In this document: piece after piece, positions 51,461-63,799 of the stretch
How positions within the stretch are numbered: the stretch's first letter is position 1
How the letters are laid out: the number at the start of each line of letters is the position of its first letter
NCBI RefSeq assembly: GCF_020745735.1
Contig: NW_026867526.1
Span: forward strand, 62,001 to 126,000
Source: Hemiscyllium ocellatum
Lineage: Eukaryota
Direction: 5' to 3'
DNA: 64,000 bases
Made by a program: the position numbers and the translations under genes
Notes under the pieces: generated by a model
What the model saw: the letters and a program-made list of their open reading frames with translations, nothing else
What the model was told of the DNA's origin: nothing
Databases searched by the model: none

Positions 51461-54169
51461 TACCCCTTTGCTCTTAATGTACTAGTCGAATCTCTTTGGA
51501 TTATCTTTAACATTATCTCCCAAGGCTATCTCATTTTCCTTTCTTGCCCTCCTCATTTCCCTCTTTCGAATGTCCCTGCACCTCTTGTACTCTTCGAGAT
51601 TCACTTGATCTCATTTATCTATATCTAATATATGATTCATTCTTACTCTGAACTAGAACCTCAATATCTTTATTCCTCCAGTGTTCCCTCTTCTTACCAG
51701 CCTTACCTTCACACTAACAGGAACATCACGCCTCCGAACTCTCGTTATCTCACTTCTGAAAGCTTCACTCTTGCCGGCCGTCCCTTGAGCTGCAAACAGT
51801 CTACTCTAATCAACTCTTGAAATATTTTGTCTCATACTATCAAAATTTGCCCTAGTTCAATTAAGAACTTTAACTTATATATAATGCCAATCCTTTCCAT
51901 AGATATTTTAAACTAATCGAATTATGACCCCAGCCCCAAAAAGCTCCGCTACTAACCATTCAGTCACTTGCTCTGCCTTTTATCACAAGAGTAGGTCAGG
52001 TTTGCTCCTTCTGTGAGAGTTACATCTGTATATTAATGAAGAAAATTGACTTTAGCACTTACCAAATTCCTCTCCATCCAAGCTCTTAAGACCATGGCTG
52101 TCCCACTTTATGTTTGGAAGGTTAAAATTTGTGATTATTACAATCCTATTATTCTTACGTATAAATAAGATCTCTCCACATATTTGTTACTCAATTTCAC
52201 TCTGACTACTGGGGGGACTATTACAATTGCATCAAAATAATCATGCCCTTCTTATTTATGAGTTCCATCCACACAGCTTCACTGGACCATCCCTCAGAAA
52301 TACCTTGTGGTAGAACAGCAGTAATGTTTCACCACAAGAAAAATTGACTCCAATCTCCTTCTAGCTCTTCCTACTTCTGCCGTACCTTTGATGGTGGGAG
52401 GGGCTTTGAACATAAATTATTCAATTCACTGGTGATAGTTAGTAGCTGAAAATAAAGATACTATGGGGGACTTGGGTGATGGGAAATAAAAGGTTACATT
52501 GTGTGGAAGGAAAATTCTGGATATAAACAAGAATTTTAAAAAACGAACTCCATTCCCAGGTCTTGCCTACACCGCTGTACCTCCAGAGTACTTTCCTTTT
52601 ATTTTGATGAGTTCAAGTTAATCTCACCCACTGTTTTGTACTTGCCAACCATTTGTTAACGGGTGTTTGCTGTTTCAGAATGTAGGTTGCCTTATTGTGT
52701 ATGATCTCAGAGTTCAGTGTTTGGAGTCCTTGTTGTTCCAACCTGTGCTTTGGTCTCTAATGCAAAATAACAGAAAAATATTAATAGCAATTTAAGGTAA
52801 AATGTTAGGATATTGGAAGAACAGCATAGAGCATCAAGTTTGACAGACGGGTTGTGGGAAAGGACGTGGAAAGCAGCAGGGTTTCCAGAACTTCTGATCT
52901 CTGCCTTCTCTGATCGAAATCAACCTGTGATTGATCATTTTTGAGGATTGTTATTCATTAATATCGGTGTGTCAGATAGATCTCCATCTCAGGGAGGGGT
53001 GATGTACTTCTTTGTTTTGTGATGAATTCAGGGAACATACAACAGTAAGGGGGTAAACCCAAAGGGAGTGAAGGAGCAGAGGATCCTCCGTGTGTATGTG
53101 CACAAATCAGGGAATGTACCATGACACATGGACAGAAGAGCAAATAAACCCGACTTCATCAATAACACCGCAGAGAACAAACACAAAGCAATTATGTTAC
53201 ACTGAAATCAAACAGTCTCTTGTCTCACCTGGAATATTGCATCTAGTTTCAGGTGCCACATTTTTGACAAAATGCGAAGATATGAGATTGGGTGCGTGAC
53301 TGATTCACAACACTATTCCCGGGATGATACACCTCACCAACTCTGAGAAATTGAGAATGTTCTCCTCTGCTGATAGTTCCCAGACTCTGTGAACAGTTGC
53401 TATGATTGGTTCTCAATTCCATCTTGCGTCATATAGATCCCAATGGCTGAATATTTCAGGGACTCATGATCTCTGCCTTGCCTGATCAACATCGACCTCT
53501 GATTTAATATTTTTGAGGGTTGCTGTTCAGTAATATCCCTGTATCAGATAGATCTTAGTCTCATTTCCTGGGATTTGACAGGTGTGGTGTGTCAAATAGA
53601 TCCCAGGAATTCTGCTCCATGAGATTTATGTGTGAGAAAATCTCCAGTTCTGAGAATCCGCCCTTGGAGTGTGCACGTGTTGTTGTCTGACTACCTGACT
53701 GAACGTTGACATTTTTGGCTGATGAATGTTTTGTTAGGCGTTTTAGGTGGTGAGTTATGCATTACTAACCCAGGCTGTCCGGACATTGGGAGTACATGTA
53801 GTTTAGACGGTGTAGAGTAAACTTTCAAACTCCTTTGCCTGCCTTTCATAGGCTTCTGGTGGAGCAAAGCTCCTAATTTGTATCATTACGTGACCCGAGG
53901 CCGTGACCCTTGGTGCATAAGAGGAAATGTTCTCTAATCATTCTGCCTCTGGAGTGTTCCATCAGGCATATCGTGTGAAAGATGTATTTACATTAGTGGG
54001 CGGCATGGCAGCGCAACATTAAACTAAATGACTGGATGAAACACAACCAAACAGAACAAGTGAAAGTATTTGGCTGGGAAAGGAGTAGGATGTGGGAAAA
54101 TGTATGATTACTGACTGGCCTTGAAGAAAGAATGAAGCAAACTCAAGGTTAGTGCATATTCATTCGAGA

Positions 54170-54175
54170 TTTATT
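54170..54175 (-). terminator. Poly(A) signal of the membrane-form (mu-m) mRNA
   Basis: AATAAA on the minus strand about 430 nt after the TM2 stop, followed by a U-rich tract. Confidence 0.65.
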
Positions 54176-54604
54176 AACCATTTCAGAAAGCATTTTTATC
54201 CAAAAAGTTGATGTAAAAGCTAACAGAAGTGAATATAATGGCTGGTTGCCACATTGAGACGAGAACACATGCGCTGTGAGGTGGGAATTTTCTGTACATC
54301 AGTAACAGTCACAAGAAAGGGAATACAAAGGCTCATCAGAAAGGGTAGGCAACCATTCTGAGTAAGGAACAAATAAAAACAAAACAAATGGGCTTCAAAC
54401 AACAGGGAAGCTACAAATTCTTCCAACCACAACCATCTCAAAGATATCAAAGTAAAAACAAAAATCCATCAATAATTGTCTCAGTTACACACTGGTAAAC
54501 TGAAGTGATCTCACTGTTAGAGTCAGCAACAGGACAGATTGTAGATTGGGAATTCAGAGACCTTGATAAGCAGATCAGGAAAATCAAAGGAGTCCACAAT
54601 TCAT

Positions 54605-54613
54605 TCACTTAAC
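54605..54613 (-). CDS. IGHM: IgM heavy chain TM2 exon coding part (Val-Lys-stop)
   Basis: Minus strand ttatctctcttttccag|GTT AAG TGA; 139-bp intron from TM1. Confidence 0.9.
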   Translation of the reverse strand, partial: VK

Positions 54614-54752
54614 CTGGAAAAGAGAGATAAAGCAATGACGCAGATATTTATGATCAGGGACTTTCAGATTTAATGTTTATTCAATGGCACACTTAGAGAT
54701 TTCACAAAACATATTGGGCTGCTTGGCGTGAGAAAGATGTGATTATTCTCAC

Positions 54753-54877
54753 CTTCACCAGAGTGACGGCAGCGCTGTAGAAAATACTCAGGAAGAACAA
54801 GGTGATGAACGTGGAAGCAGTTGTCCAGATGTTGCTGTTATTGTCATAGTCTTCAATCCAAGTGCGATTTATTGAAT
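54753..54877 (-). CDS. IGHM: IgM heavy chain TM1 exon
   Basis: catag|AT TCA...GTG AAG|gtgaga gives (D)SINRTWIEDYDNNSNIWTTASTFITLFFLSIFYSAAVTLVK, carrying the antigen-receptor CART motif. Its phase matches the CH4 internal donor at 60192. Confidence 0.96.
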
Positions 54878-55399
54878 CTATGAATATAAAGACGAGAGAA
54901 CGCATTTAGATCATTTATTGATCCAGATCGATCTATGTGCATCCAAGTCATGTAATTAGAGACCATTACATCTTCATAAAGCAGTCAGGTATTTCTCAAG
55001 TGTGACTCTTATCTGTATCCATCAGTGCATTATTGACTCTCAGCAAGAAATTACAAATACTAACTGCACATGTTCTTTCGTCATTGTCCATGTCAGAACG
55101 TTTTAAATTATTTTTCTTTTAATCTATTATTTAAGGATATTATTATTTGAGGAATGCTTATTACGAATGATTATTTTAATTATATCATTATATTTTAAAT
55201 GTAGGCTGTGACAGCACTTTAGTTGAAAATTGTGGCCATCACTGAATAAAAGTTCAAATGTGATTCTCACCTTTATGTATTGGTGACCAATTGCTTGGCA
55301 AATCGTGAATATAAGTGACATCACAGTCAGGACATTGTTTCATATTTTTGTTTGTAGGATCTGTATATTTAGGAATAAGTTTTTGTACATGTGTCCCTT

Positions 55400-56450
55400 A
55401 ATTTATTTGACCTACTGCTTGGTGTGTTTGGTTTCCCTTTAATGTTAGTGTATGTGGTTATGAGAGTCTCTTACTTCACTCTTGCCCATGTTGGAGTCTG
55501 TGCATGAATAAACATATTCCTGTTCCTTTACTGCTGGTGTGCTCATGTGTTTGTGCTCCGAAATTTTGGTCTTTTCACATTGTGTAAGCATCATCATGCT
55601 AATATGCCATTTTGTTGCTGCCTATGCTTATCTTGTAATGTCTTTGTGAGTGTTCACTTTTCATGAGTGCTATCTAAAATGTGCACTTATGTGTCTGTTT
55701 CAGGTCCTTAATGTTTATGCTTAATAAATGTTAGCATGCAATGTTATGTTTTGATGGATGTTTATATTTATATGATGATGTTTGCTTGTGTGGCAATCTT
55801 TCCCAAACCATCTCCTGAGAAGCTTGTTTGTGTTACTGTGTGTGGATGCTTGCTGATGCTTGTGCCCATTATCCTTATTTAATAAACGCCCCTCTATTTG
55901 TTGATCTATGCACTTATGTGTCTGCATGTGAGACTCTGAATTTGTGTGTACGTGTGACATTGTATACATGCTGATCAATGTGGTTTAAAAATAACTAATT
56001 AAGCTGCCTCTGTCATTGTATGTTTGTGATTCTGAAAATGGGAAAATAATGATATTAATATTTATCTCTGTGCACTTACGTGCCTGTATGAGTTGACATG
56101 TGGGAGGACATTTTTCGGAATTTGTATCTGTGTGTTCATGCGTGTATGTCTGTACGCATTGTGCTGTATGAATGTATATGTATTCATGCCCATTTGTGTG
56201 TTACCGTGTGTCTATATTTCTCATGGTTATGTGTGAGTACCCCTGTTCATTTGTGCAAATAATTTTCTTTCTGTGTATGTGAGTTTTTGTATGAGCTTAG
56301 GTGGGTGTTCAAGTACCACTTGCATGTGTGGCTCTGTGCGAGTATGCGTGTGTGACATCTTATCTATATGCACATTTGAGTGTGCACATAAATATGTGTC
56401 TTTAGGTGAGAGCCCATATATGTGTCATTACGTGTGAATTTGCGATCATC
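55400..56450. repeat. About 1-kb degenerate TG/TGTA-rich low-complexity tract (CA-rich on the IgM transcript)
   Basis: Dense tgtg/atgt/gtgt content without a fixed period. Confidence 0.7.
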
Positions 56451-56756
56451 TCTCTGTATCTGTTCTTATACCAGACTGCAATTTTTATTATTCTAATTTA
56501 TTGTTCTAACTTTAATGGATTGCCCATAATTAGATTTGACCTTGGTGTTGTAGGAAACATTTCCCATCGTCGTGGAGAGATAAGCGTTTTATGAGCAACT
56601 CTTCTGTTGCAGTGATAGAATTTCTGTCTCTGAGAGAAAAGGCGTGAGTTCAAATCCCCACTGCCCCAGAGATAACATTTCTGAATATGTTTATTAGAAA
56701 ATGTCTACTTGTGTTCTGTATGTGAAACAAAATGATATCAGGTATTCGAATAACAG

Positions 56757-59255
56757 TAGAGGAAAGTATTGCGAGGATGATTCAGGAGAAGAGTGAAAGT
56801 AGCAGGGTGGTTGTTATGGGGGACTTTAACATCCCAGATATTGACTGGGAAAGCTATAGCTCGAGTTCGTTAGATGGGTCGGTGTTTGTCCAATGTGTGG
56901 AGGAGGGTTTCCTGACACAATATGTAGACGGGCCAACAAGAGGTGAGGCCATACTGGATTTGGTTCTAGGTAATGAACCAGGCCAGGTGTTAGACTTGGA
57001 CGTAGGTGAGCACTTCGGGGACAGTGACCACAACTCGGTGACTTTTACTTTAGTGATGGAGACGGATAAGTGTGCACTGCAGGGCAAGAGTTATAGCTGG
57101 GGGCAGGGAAATTATGATGAGGTGAGGCATGACTTAGGATGCGTGGATTGGAAAAATAGGCTTCAAGAGAAGAACACAAATGATATGTGGAGATTGTTCA
57201 AAGAACAGCTATTGGGTGTCCTGGGTAAGTATGTACCAGTCCGGCAGGGAGTAAAGGGTCTTGTGAGGGAGCCGTGGTTTAATAAGGAATTGGAATCCCT
57301 TGTGAAAGGGAAGAGGGCGGCCTATGTAAAGATGAGGCGTGAAGGTTCAGTTGGGGCGATAGAGAGTTATAAGGTAGCCAGGAAGGATCTAAAGAGAGAG
57401 CTAAGAGCAGCGAGAAGGGGACATGAAAAGTCCTTAGTTGGTAGGATTAGGGAAAACCCAAAGGCTTTCTATAGGTATGTCATGAATAAAAGGATGACTA
57501 GGGTAGGTATCGGTCCAGTCAAGGATAGTAGTGGGAAGTTGTGCGTGGAGGCGGAGGAGATTGGAGAGACACTAAATCAATACTTTTCGTCAGTATTCAC
57601 TCAGGAACAGGACACTATTGCTGATGTGAATACTGAGTCACAAGTGATTAGAATGGATGGCCTTGAGGTATGTAGGGAAGAGGTCTGGGGAATACTGGAA
57701 AGGATGAAAATAGATAAGTCCCTTGGGCCTGATGGCATTTATCCTAGTATCCTCTGGGAAGCTACGGAGGAGATAGCAGAGCCATTGGCCTTGATTTTTA
57801 TGTCGTCATTGTCTACGGGAATAGTGCCAGAAGACTGGAGGATAGCGAATGTGGTCCCCTTGTTCAAGAAGGGGAGTAGGGATAGCCCGAGTAACTATAG
57901 GCCAGTGAGTCTCACTTCTGTTGTGGGCAAAGTCTTAGAGAGAATTGTAAGTGATAGGATTTATGAACATCTGGATAGGAATAACGTGATCAAGGATAGT
58001 CAGCATGGTTTTGTGAAGGGCAGGTCGTGCCTCACAAACCTTATTGAGTTCTTTGAGAAGGTGACTAAGGAGGTGGACGAGGGTAAAGCAGTAGATGTGG
58101 TGTATATGGATTTTAGCAAGGCGTTCGATAAGGTACCCCATGGTAGGCTACTGCAAAAACTACGGAGGTATGGCATTGAGGGTGCATTAGAGGTTTGGAT
58201 TAGGAATTGGCTGGCTGGAAGGAGACAGAGGGTAGTAGTTGATGGTATAGGTTCATCTTGGAGTGCAGTTACTAGCGGTGTTCCACAAGGATCTGTTTTG
58301 GGACCATTGCTGTTTGTCATCTTTATAAATGATCTAGAGGAGGGGCTTGAAAGCTGGGTGAGCAAGTTTGCGGATGACACGAAAGTCGGTGGAGTTGTGG
58401 ACAGCAAAGAAGGATGTGGCAGGTTACAGCGGGATATAGATAAGTTGCAGAGCTGGGCAGAAAGGTGGCAAATGGAGTTCAATGTAGCTAAATGTGAAGT
58501 CATTCACTTTGGTAGGAGTAACAAGAAGATGGATTACTGGGCTAATGGTAGGCTACTTGGTAGTGTGGATGAGCAGAGGGATCTTGGTGTCCATATACAC
58601 AGATCTCTGAAAGTTGCCACCCAGGTAAATAGAGCTGTGAAGAAGGCATATGGTGTACTGGGCTTTATTGGTAGAGGAATTGAGTTCCAGAGTCCTGAGG
58701 TCATGTTGCAGTTGTATAAGACTCTGGTGAGGCCTCATCTGGAGTATTGTGTGCAGTTTTGGTCGCCATACTGTAGGAAGGATGTGGAGGCATTGGAACG
58801 AGTGCAGAGGAGGTTTACCAGGATGTTGCCTGGCATGGTAGGAAGATCTTATGAGGAAAGGCTGAGGCACTTGAGGCTGTTCTCATTGGAGAAAAGAAGG
58901 TTTAGGGGAGATTTGATAGAGGTGTACAAGATGATTAGGGGTTTAGATAGGGTAGACACTGAGAACCTTTTTCTGTTAATGGAGTCAGCTGTCACTAGGG
59001 GACACAGTTTTAAATTAAGGGGTGGTAGGTATAGGACAGATGTTAGGGGTAGATACTTTACTCAGCGGATTGTGAGTTCATGGAATGCCCTGCCAGTAGC
59101 AGTGGTGAACTCTCCCTCTTTATGGTCATTTAAGAGGGCATTGGATAAGCATATGGAGGTTATTGGGCTAATGTAGGTTAGGTAGGCTTTGGTTGGCGCA
59201 ACATCGAGGGCCGAAGGGCCTGTACTGCGCTGTATTTTTCTATGTTCTATGTTCT
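56757..59255 (+). mobile_element. Young 5'-truncated CR1 LINE with an uninterrupted 814-aa ORF2 remnant, antisense in the IgM CH4-TM1 intron
   Basis: ORF 56732-59176 contains the C-terminal half of the APE domain (MGDFNIPDIDW, LDLVL, GDSDHNSV) and a complete RT (NYRPVSLTS, DFSKAFDKV, GVPQGSVLGP, SKFADD). (TTCTATG)n tail; the ATG comes from flanking DNA. Confidence 0.97.
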
Positions 59256-60087
59256 AATTGATCCCATGTGCTCCAGAAAACTGAGACAAAACTATGGAAT
59301 TCAAACCGGGACGATGCAAACACCAGTTTTGGATTATGGGAATCGATGTTAATCATTTGTTAACAGAGCCAAGCGTGTCCAACATGTTTCAAAGGTATTA
59401 TTTTGCATGGAAATGTTCAATCTTTGGACAGTAAGCAAGAAGCTGACTGTTCCTGTTAGTAACTAGGTTACATTACTGAGGACATCTACCATGAAAACTC
59501 TGCACAGGGAGCAAGAGGACAGACCATTCATCGTTCCCCTCCCCTCTGCTCCACGGCAACTTATCTGTCGATTCTCTTTGGTGTGAAAGTGAAGATACAT
59601 TCTGTCAACTCATGCACTGGCGCAAGATCCCTGGCAGTCCCCCACAAACAAAGGTTACATTCAAACTGTTCTGCACTCTTTACTATTGGTATGTTCCAAT
59701 CAAATTTAATTTCAAATTGTATTAAATTTACATTTCCAATTGGTGCAATGTGGCAGTTGAAAACTGACATGAATTTTGTAAGAATGTCCAATGGGGGGAA
59801 TCAAGAACACCAAGTTCAAACCTCGTGCTCTACCCTTGACATAAAATGGACAGTGTCAGATTTTGTCACAGAGGGACTAAAGATGGATAAGGGACTTGGC
59901 GGAATCCTGCAATGAGTGAGCTTTACTCTGTCTCTGACCCAGGGTGTATCTGAGCAGAGAACATTAACTGCACAAGACACTTGTCCTAGACCTGTTAATA
60001 ACCCACTTTAACTACACCGATGTAATGTAAGTCAGAGTGAGAAACAACTAATTCAGTATTTACCTCACAACTGGAGGGAAAAGAAAT

Positions 60088-60093
60088 TTTATT
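60088..60093 (-). terminator. Poly(A) signal of the secreted-form (mu-s) mRNA
   Basis: AATAAA 36 nt after the tail stop codon. A second AATAAA (60129-60134) overlaps the stop. Confidence 0.7.
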
Positions 60094-60129
60094 ACTTCTG
60101 TTAAATTATTAAATGCAACTTTGAGATTT

Positions 60130-60521
60130 TTATTGACATGAATTAACAGTGTCCATCAGTGCAAGTGAAATGTTTACGAAACTCGGTTTACCGCTGGATT
60201 TATCGACTGTTCTGTTGATGATCTTCAATGGAATCGCTTCATGTCCCACCACACAGGAGTAAGAAGCACCGCTGGCCCACTCCTCCGCTGTAATGGATAA
60301 CAGGCTGTAGATGAAGAAGGAGGTGTTGTCACTCTCCGCCATCACCTCGGTGTTCTTGTAGTTACTGGGATTCACCGGCTTGTCATTGTTTGTCCACTTG
60401 ACGAAGATCTCTCGGGGGGAGAAACCTCTCACTAAACAGGTGAGGGAGAGAAACCTCTGAGCGGAGATTTCTTCTGTTGGTGGCAGGAGGACCGACACTG
60501 ATGGCTCCAGCGGATTAATCA
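60130..60521 (-). CDS. IGHM: IgM heavy chain CH4 exon plus secretory tailpiece
   Basis: ctgcag|TG ATT AAT..., [17 protein letters not shown]...[43 protein letters not shown], with the penultimate Cys and NIS sequon. Internal donor G|gtaaac at 60192. Confidence 0.98.
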
Positions 60522-60975
60522 CTGCAGAATATTTGAGACAAATATAAATCAACCAAAAACATCCTGAACCAATATCACAATTACACTAAATATTAAAATA
60601 CGCCATTTTAAATTTGGGATTTATTCACTTTCATTTTCTAAAGGAGCAGTATGGGACACATTCTGTTCAGTAAAAAAAGTAAAGTTTAATGTGAAAGTTG
60701 CCTCCATGTTTCCAGCCCACAACAAGGGCATTCTGTCCAACTGTCATTGCTGATGGTGACATCACAACCCAGGTTTCTTCCCACCTTATCTGACTTAATC
60801 AGAATACAATATCCTTTGGTCCATCTTTTTCTTAATCAGCTACTTAGCTATCCTGCCTTCAGATGCATCATTAATGCTCCCAACGGTGTTTGTTCATTAC
60901 CAATCAAAGCCTGCCATTGATGTAACTGGATCTGGATTACACATGGGATGTTTGTGTTTTAATCTCACCGCTCAC

Positions 60976-61284
60976 CTTTCTCCTTGTGGATGGAGTCTCT
61001 CAGCGGAGTCGGGAGATTCTGATGGTACACCACACATTCAAAAGTAACGCCACTCAGCCAGGCTTCAGTAGAAATGTCTAATTTGCTGATCACGCTGTCG
61101 GGATTCTGTCCAGGCTGGTCAGCAATCTCGGATTTCAGAGGCTTCTTTTCTTGTTTCCAGGTCACGTTGACTCCAGAAGGAAGATTGGACACAACGCAGG
61201 TTAACGTCACCGTCGCCTCCAGTAAGACTTGTTCTACTGGTGGTGGGAGGATTTTAACGGTGTTAGGGTGGCACTCGGTATCTT
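60976..61284 (-). CDS. IGHM: IgM heavy chain CH3 exon
   Basis: catag|AA GAT ACC...AAA G|gtgagc; [34 protein letters not shown]...[22 protein letters not shown]. Confidence 0.97.
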
Positions 61285-62504
61285 CTATGAAACAAAAATC
61301 AAAGTCAATGAAAAATGCCCCTTTATGATACAAACACCCAATCTTCAGATTACTTCTTCACAGGGTGAAGACACCACCTTCAAAATGGCAACTCCAACCA
61401 TTGCTGAAACGATGCTTACTATTGTTGATGTATTTTGATTTGTGAAAGCATTTGTGATTACCTATGACATACCCTGTGTCATTATTCCTAAAGAACACTG
61501 GCTTTGTAACAAGTGACACCTGTGAAAAAAGGTAAAATCATCGAAGATACCATTATGTAACCCATGGAATTACCTTTCTTTCAGAGTTTGTCTCTCACTT
61601 AAGACCATCTATTGATACTTGGGACAAGAATAATCTGAATATAATGAGTTCAATTCCATGTTCATAACCCTTAGGTGCAAGTGCTGCTGGTCACGCTGAC
61701 TGCCAAATCACAGCTCAAATTTCGGACAAATTATAATAAATAATAATTATTCTCTTTGCAGAGTTCTAAAGTGTTACAGGAGCGGTGAATATCCATGGAA
61801 ATTCTGTTCATTATATTTAACGTGATCAAAAATACTTTGCGTTATTGGTGTGATGTCATTCTCTAATGTATGTCATTGTTCCTCGTGGGCTGAGTTTGGA
61901 GTAGATCTGAAAACAAGGCACTGAGTACAGCATTGGATATTGAGAAGGACACCCATCTCCTTAAGTCTTTCCCTCCATTCAGTTCGTTCATGACTGGTTT
62001 GTACTTTCACTTTATTTACCTAGCTGCATTTTTTAATTTCTTCATAGAGCAGGGGAGAAAAAAAACAAACAAAAGCATCTTAAATTAATCTACAAACGTG
62101 ATGGAAATGTACACTAATTTTATAGACATCCACTACCCACTGTGTAAACATCACCACCCCAAACCAGGCTAAATCAGCCTGACTCGAGTTCCTCGTTCAT
62201 TCATCCCTATTGTAGCATTCTTACCAGAATTTATTCTCCTCCCTCATCCACTACTTACAGAGAGCATCTTAAAGAAGCTCAGTGAGACCACGTTTATCCC
62301 AGTTCATCAAATGTGATACCCACTTGGTCTGTGGTCTGATCCCATAAATGAAGTTAAAGAGCTCAGTACCAGATAAAAATCGATGTCGTACAATGTCCAA
62401 GGCCAACAGGTCATTCCTGATCAGGAAATGAAGCATTGAACGCATTCTGATTTATTTTCAAGTAAGGGTCCCTGCTTATTTTAACCACGTCATTTTGAGA
62501 CCAC

Positions 62505-63000
62505 ATCATCATGAGATAGAGGATCAGAATAAGGCTGTTCGGCCAATCCAGAGTTTAGATCAGAATGATGCTGGAAAAGCACAGCAGGTCAGGCAGCATC
62601 CAACAAGCAGGAAAACCGACGTTTCGGGCTAAAGCCATTCTACTGTCTTCTCCCCACACTAAACAAGAGCCAAACTATCTCTGGCTTGAATATACACAAT
62701 GGCCTGGTCTCCACAGCCCTCTGCAGCAACAAGTTCCACAGATTCATCACCCTCTGGCTGAAGAAATTCCTCCCCATCTCAGTTCTAAACGATGCCCCTT
62801 TGACCCTGAGACTGTGCCCTTGGGTCCTAGTCTCGCCTACCAGTCAAAACATCTATTCCACGTTCACTCGACCTCAGTCTCTCAGTATTTTTTATGTTTC
62901 AATGAGATATCTCTCCAATATCGCCCCTCCACCCCCAAACTTATCCTTGAAGCCACTACCAGGCAAGGATTCAGCACTCTGAATGCCTCTCCCAGCAAGG
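62505..63000 (-). mobile_element. CR1-type 3' fragment containing a reverse Penelope-derived mini-element (about 62560-62640)
   Basis: ccacagccctctg...ttccacagattcatcaccctctggctgaagaaattcctcc; insert gctggaaaagcacagcaggtcaggcagcatcc...gacgtttcgggc. Confidence 0.65.
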
Positions 63001-63254
63001 TCAGGCAACAAACTATTTAACAAAGCTCACTGTCTATATATCTATCTTCAACAGAGAGGAAACATGCTTTTCTGACTTGCCAAAATGTTGAATTATGAGC
63101 AATGCTAATGTAACAATCAAACTGAAATGAGATACGTGACATGTTGGGAAACGAGAAGCTGGACCTTGCTGTTTACTACGCCTGATAAATTAGTGTGTTT
63201 GATTCACATCAGAGTTCAGAGTGATTTGTAGCTCTCTCAGTATGTGTCTCTTAC

Positions 63255-63566
63255 CCTGGAGTGCGGTGATGTTTTTACTTTGAACGTTCTCTTCATGAGT
63301 GACCTGGCAGGTATAGACTGCGCTGTTGTACCATTCACCATAAGGGACCATCAGCCGACTCGTCACCGAGAAGTTCCCGTTCGCCTCACACACGGGAGAC
63401 GTGAAGAAGCCAGAATCCAAGAGTCGGCCATTTTTCAACCAACTCACGGAGATTGACTTCGGATGGAAATCGATGATTGAACAGACGACGGTTGCAAACT
63501 TGCTGCTTGCGATTTCTTCACTGGAGCTCACAGTTAGGAGAAGGGTTGGTGGGAGAGGACCTGTAC
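63255..63566 (-). CDS. IGHM: IgM heavy chain CH2 exon
   Basis: cctaaag|GT ACA GGT...CAG G|gtaaga; [34 protein letters not shown]...YTCQVTHE. An alternative in-phase acceptor lies 6 nt downstream. Confidence 0.96.
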
Positions 63567-63799
63567 CTTTAGGAAACACATCGCATAAATTATCTGATGA
63601 ATTTCATAACAAATACAATCAGTTCTCATATATCAAGGTTTCTTGTGGTTAATGGACACAAGAACCATAATTGTGCAGAGTGCTGGAGAAGCTGGGATCC
63701 ACACAGAAAGATCAGCAGGACAATGTGAAAGGCTAAAATTATAGGGCACAGCAAGGGAGTCAAGGAGGCATAAAAACGATAGGCCGGTAACATCAGAAG

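Noticed and set aside
43850-54100. Additional Ig constant exons (for example IgD/IgW-like) downstream of TM2
   Set aside because: No ORF in the track shows the Cys-Trp-Cys Ig C1-set pattern; the region is CR1 debris and AT-rich unique DNA.
56732-59176. 814-aa ORF as a host or domesticated gene
   Set aside because: It is CR1 ORF2 lacking the N-terminal half of the endonuclease, with a CR1 tail and a near-identical partial sister at 27 kb.
54605-63566. IgNAR or IgW identity for the Ig exons
   Set aside because: The three domains and the tail [20 protein letters not shown] match shark IgM CH2-CH4 as I recall them. A CH2-type domain is present, which also argues against the three-domain IgM1gj form.
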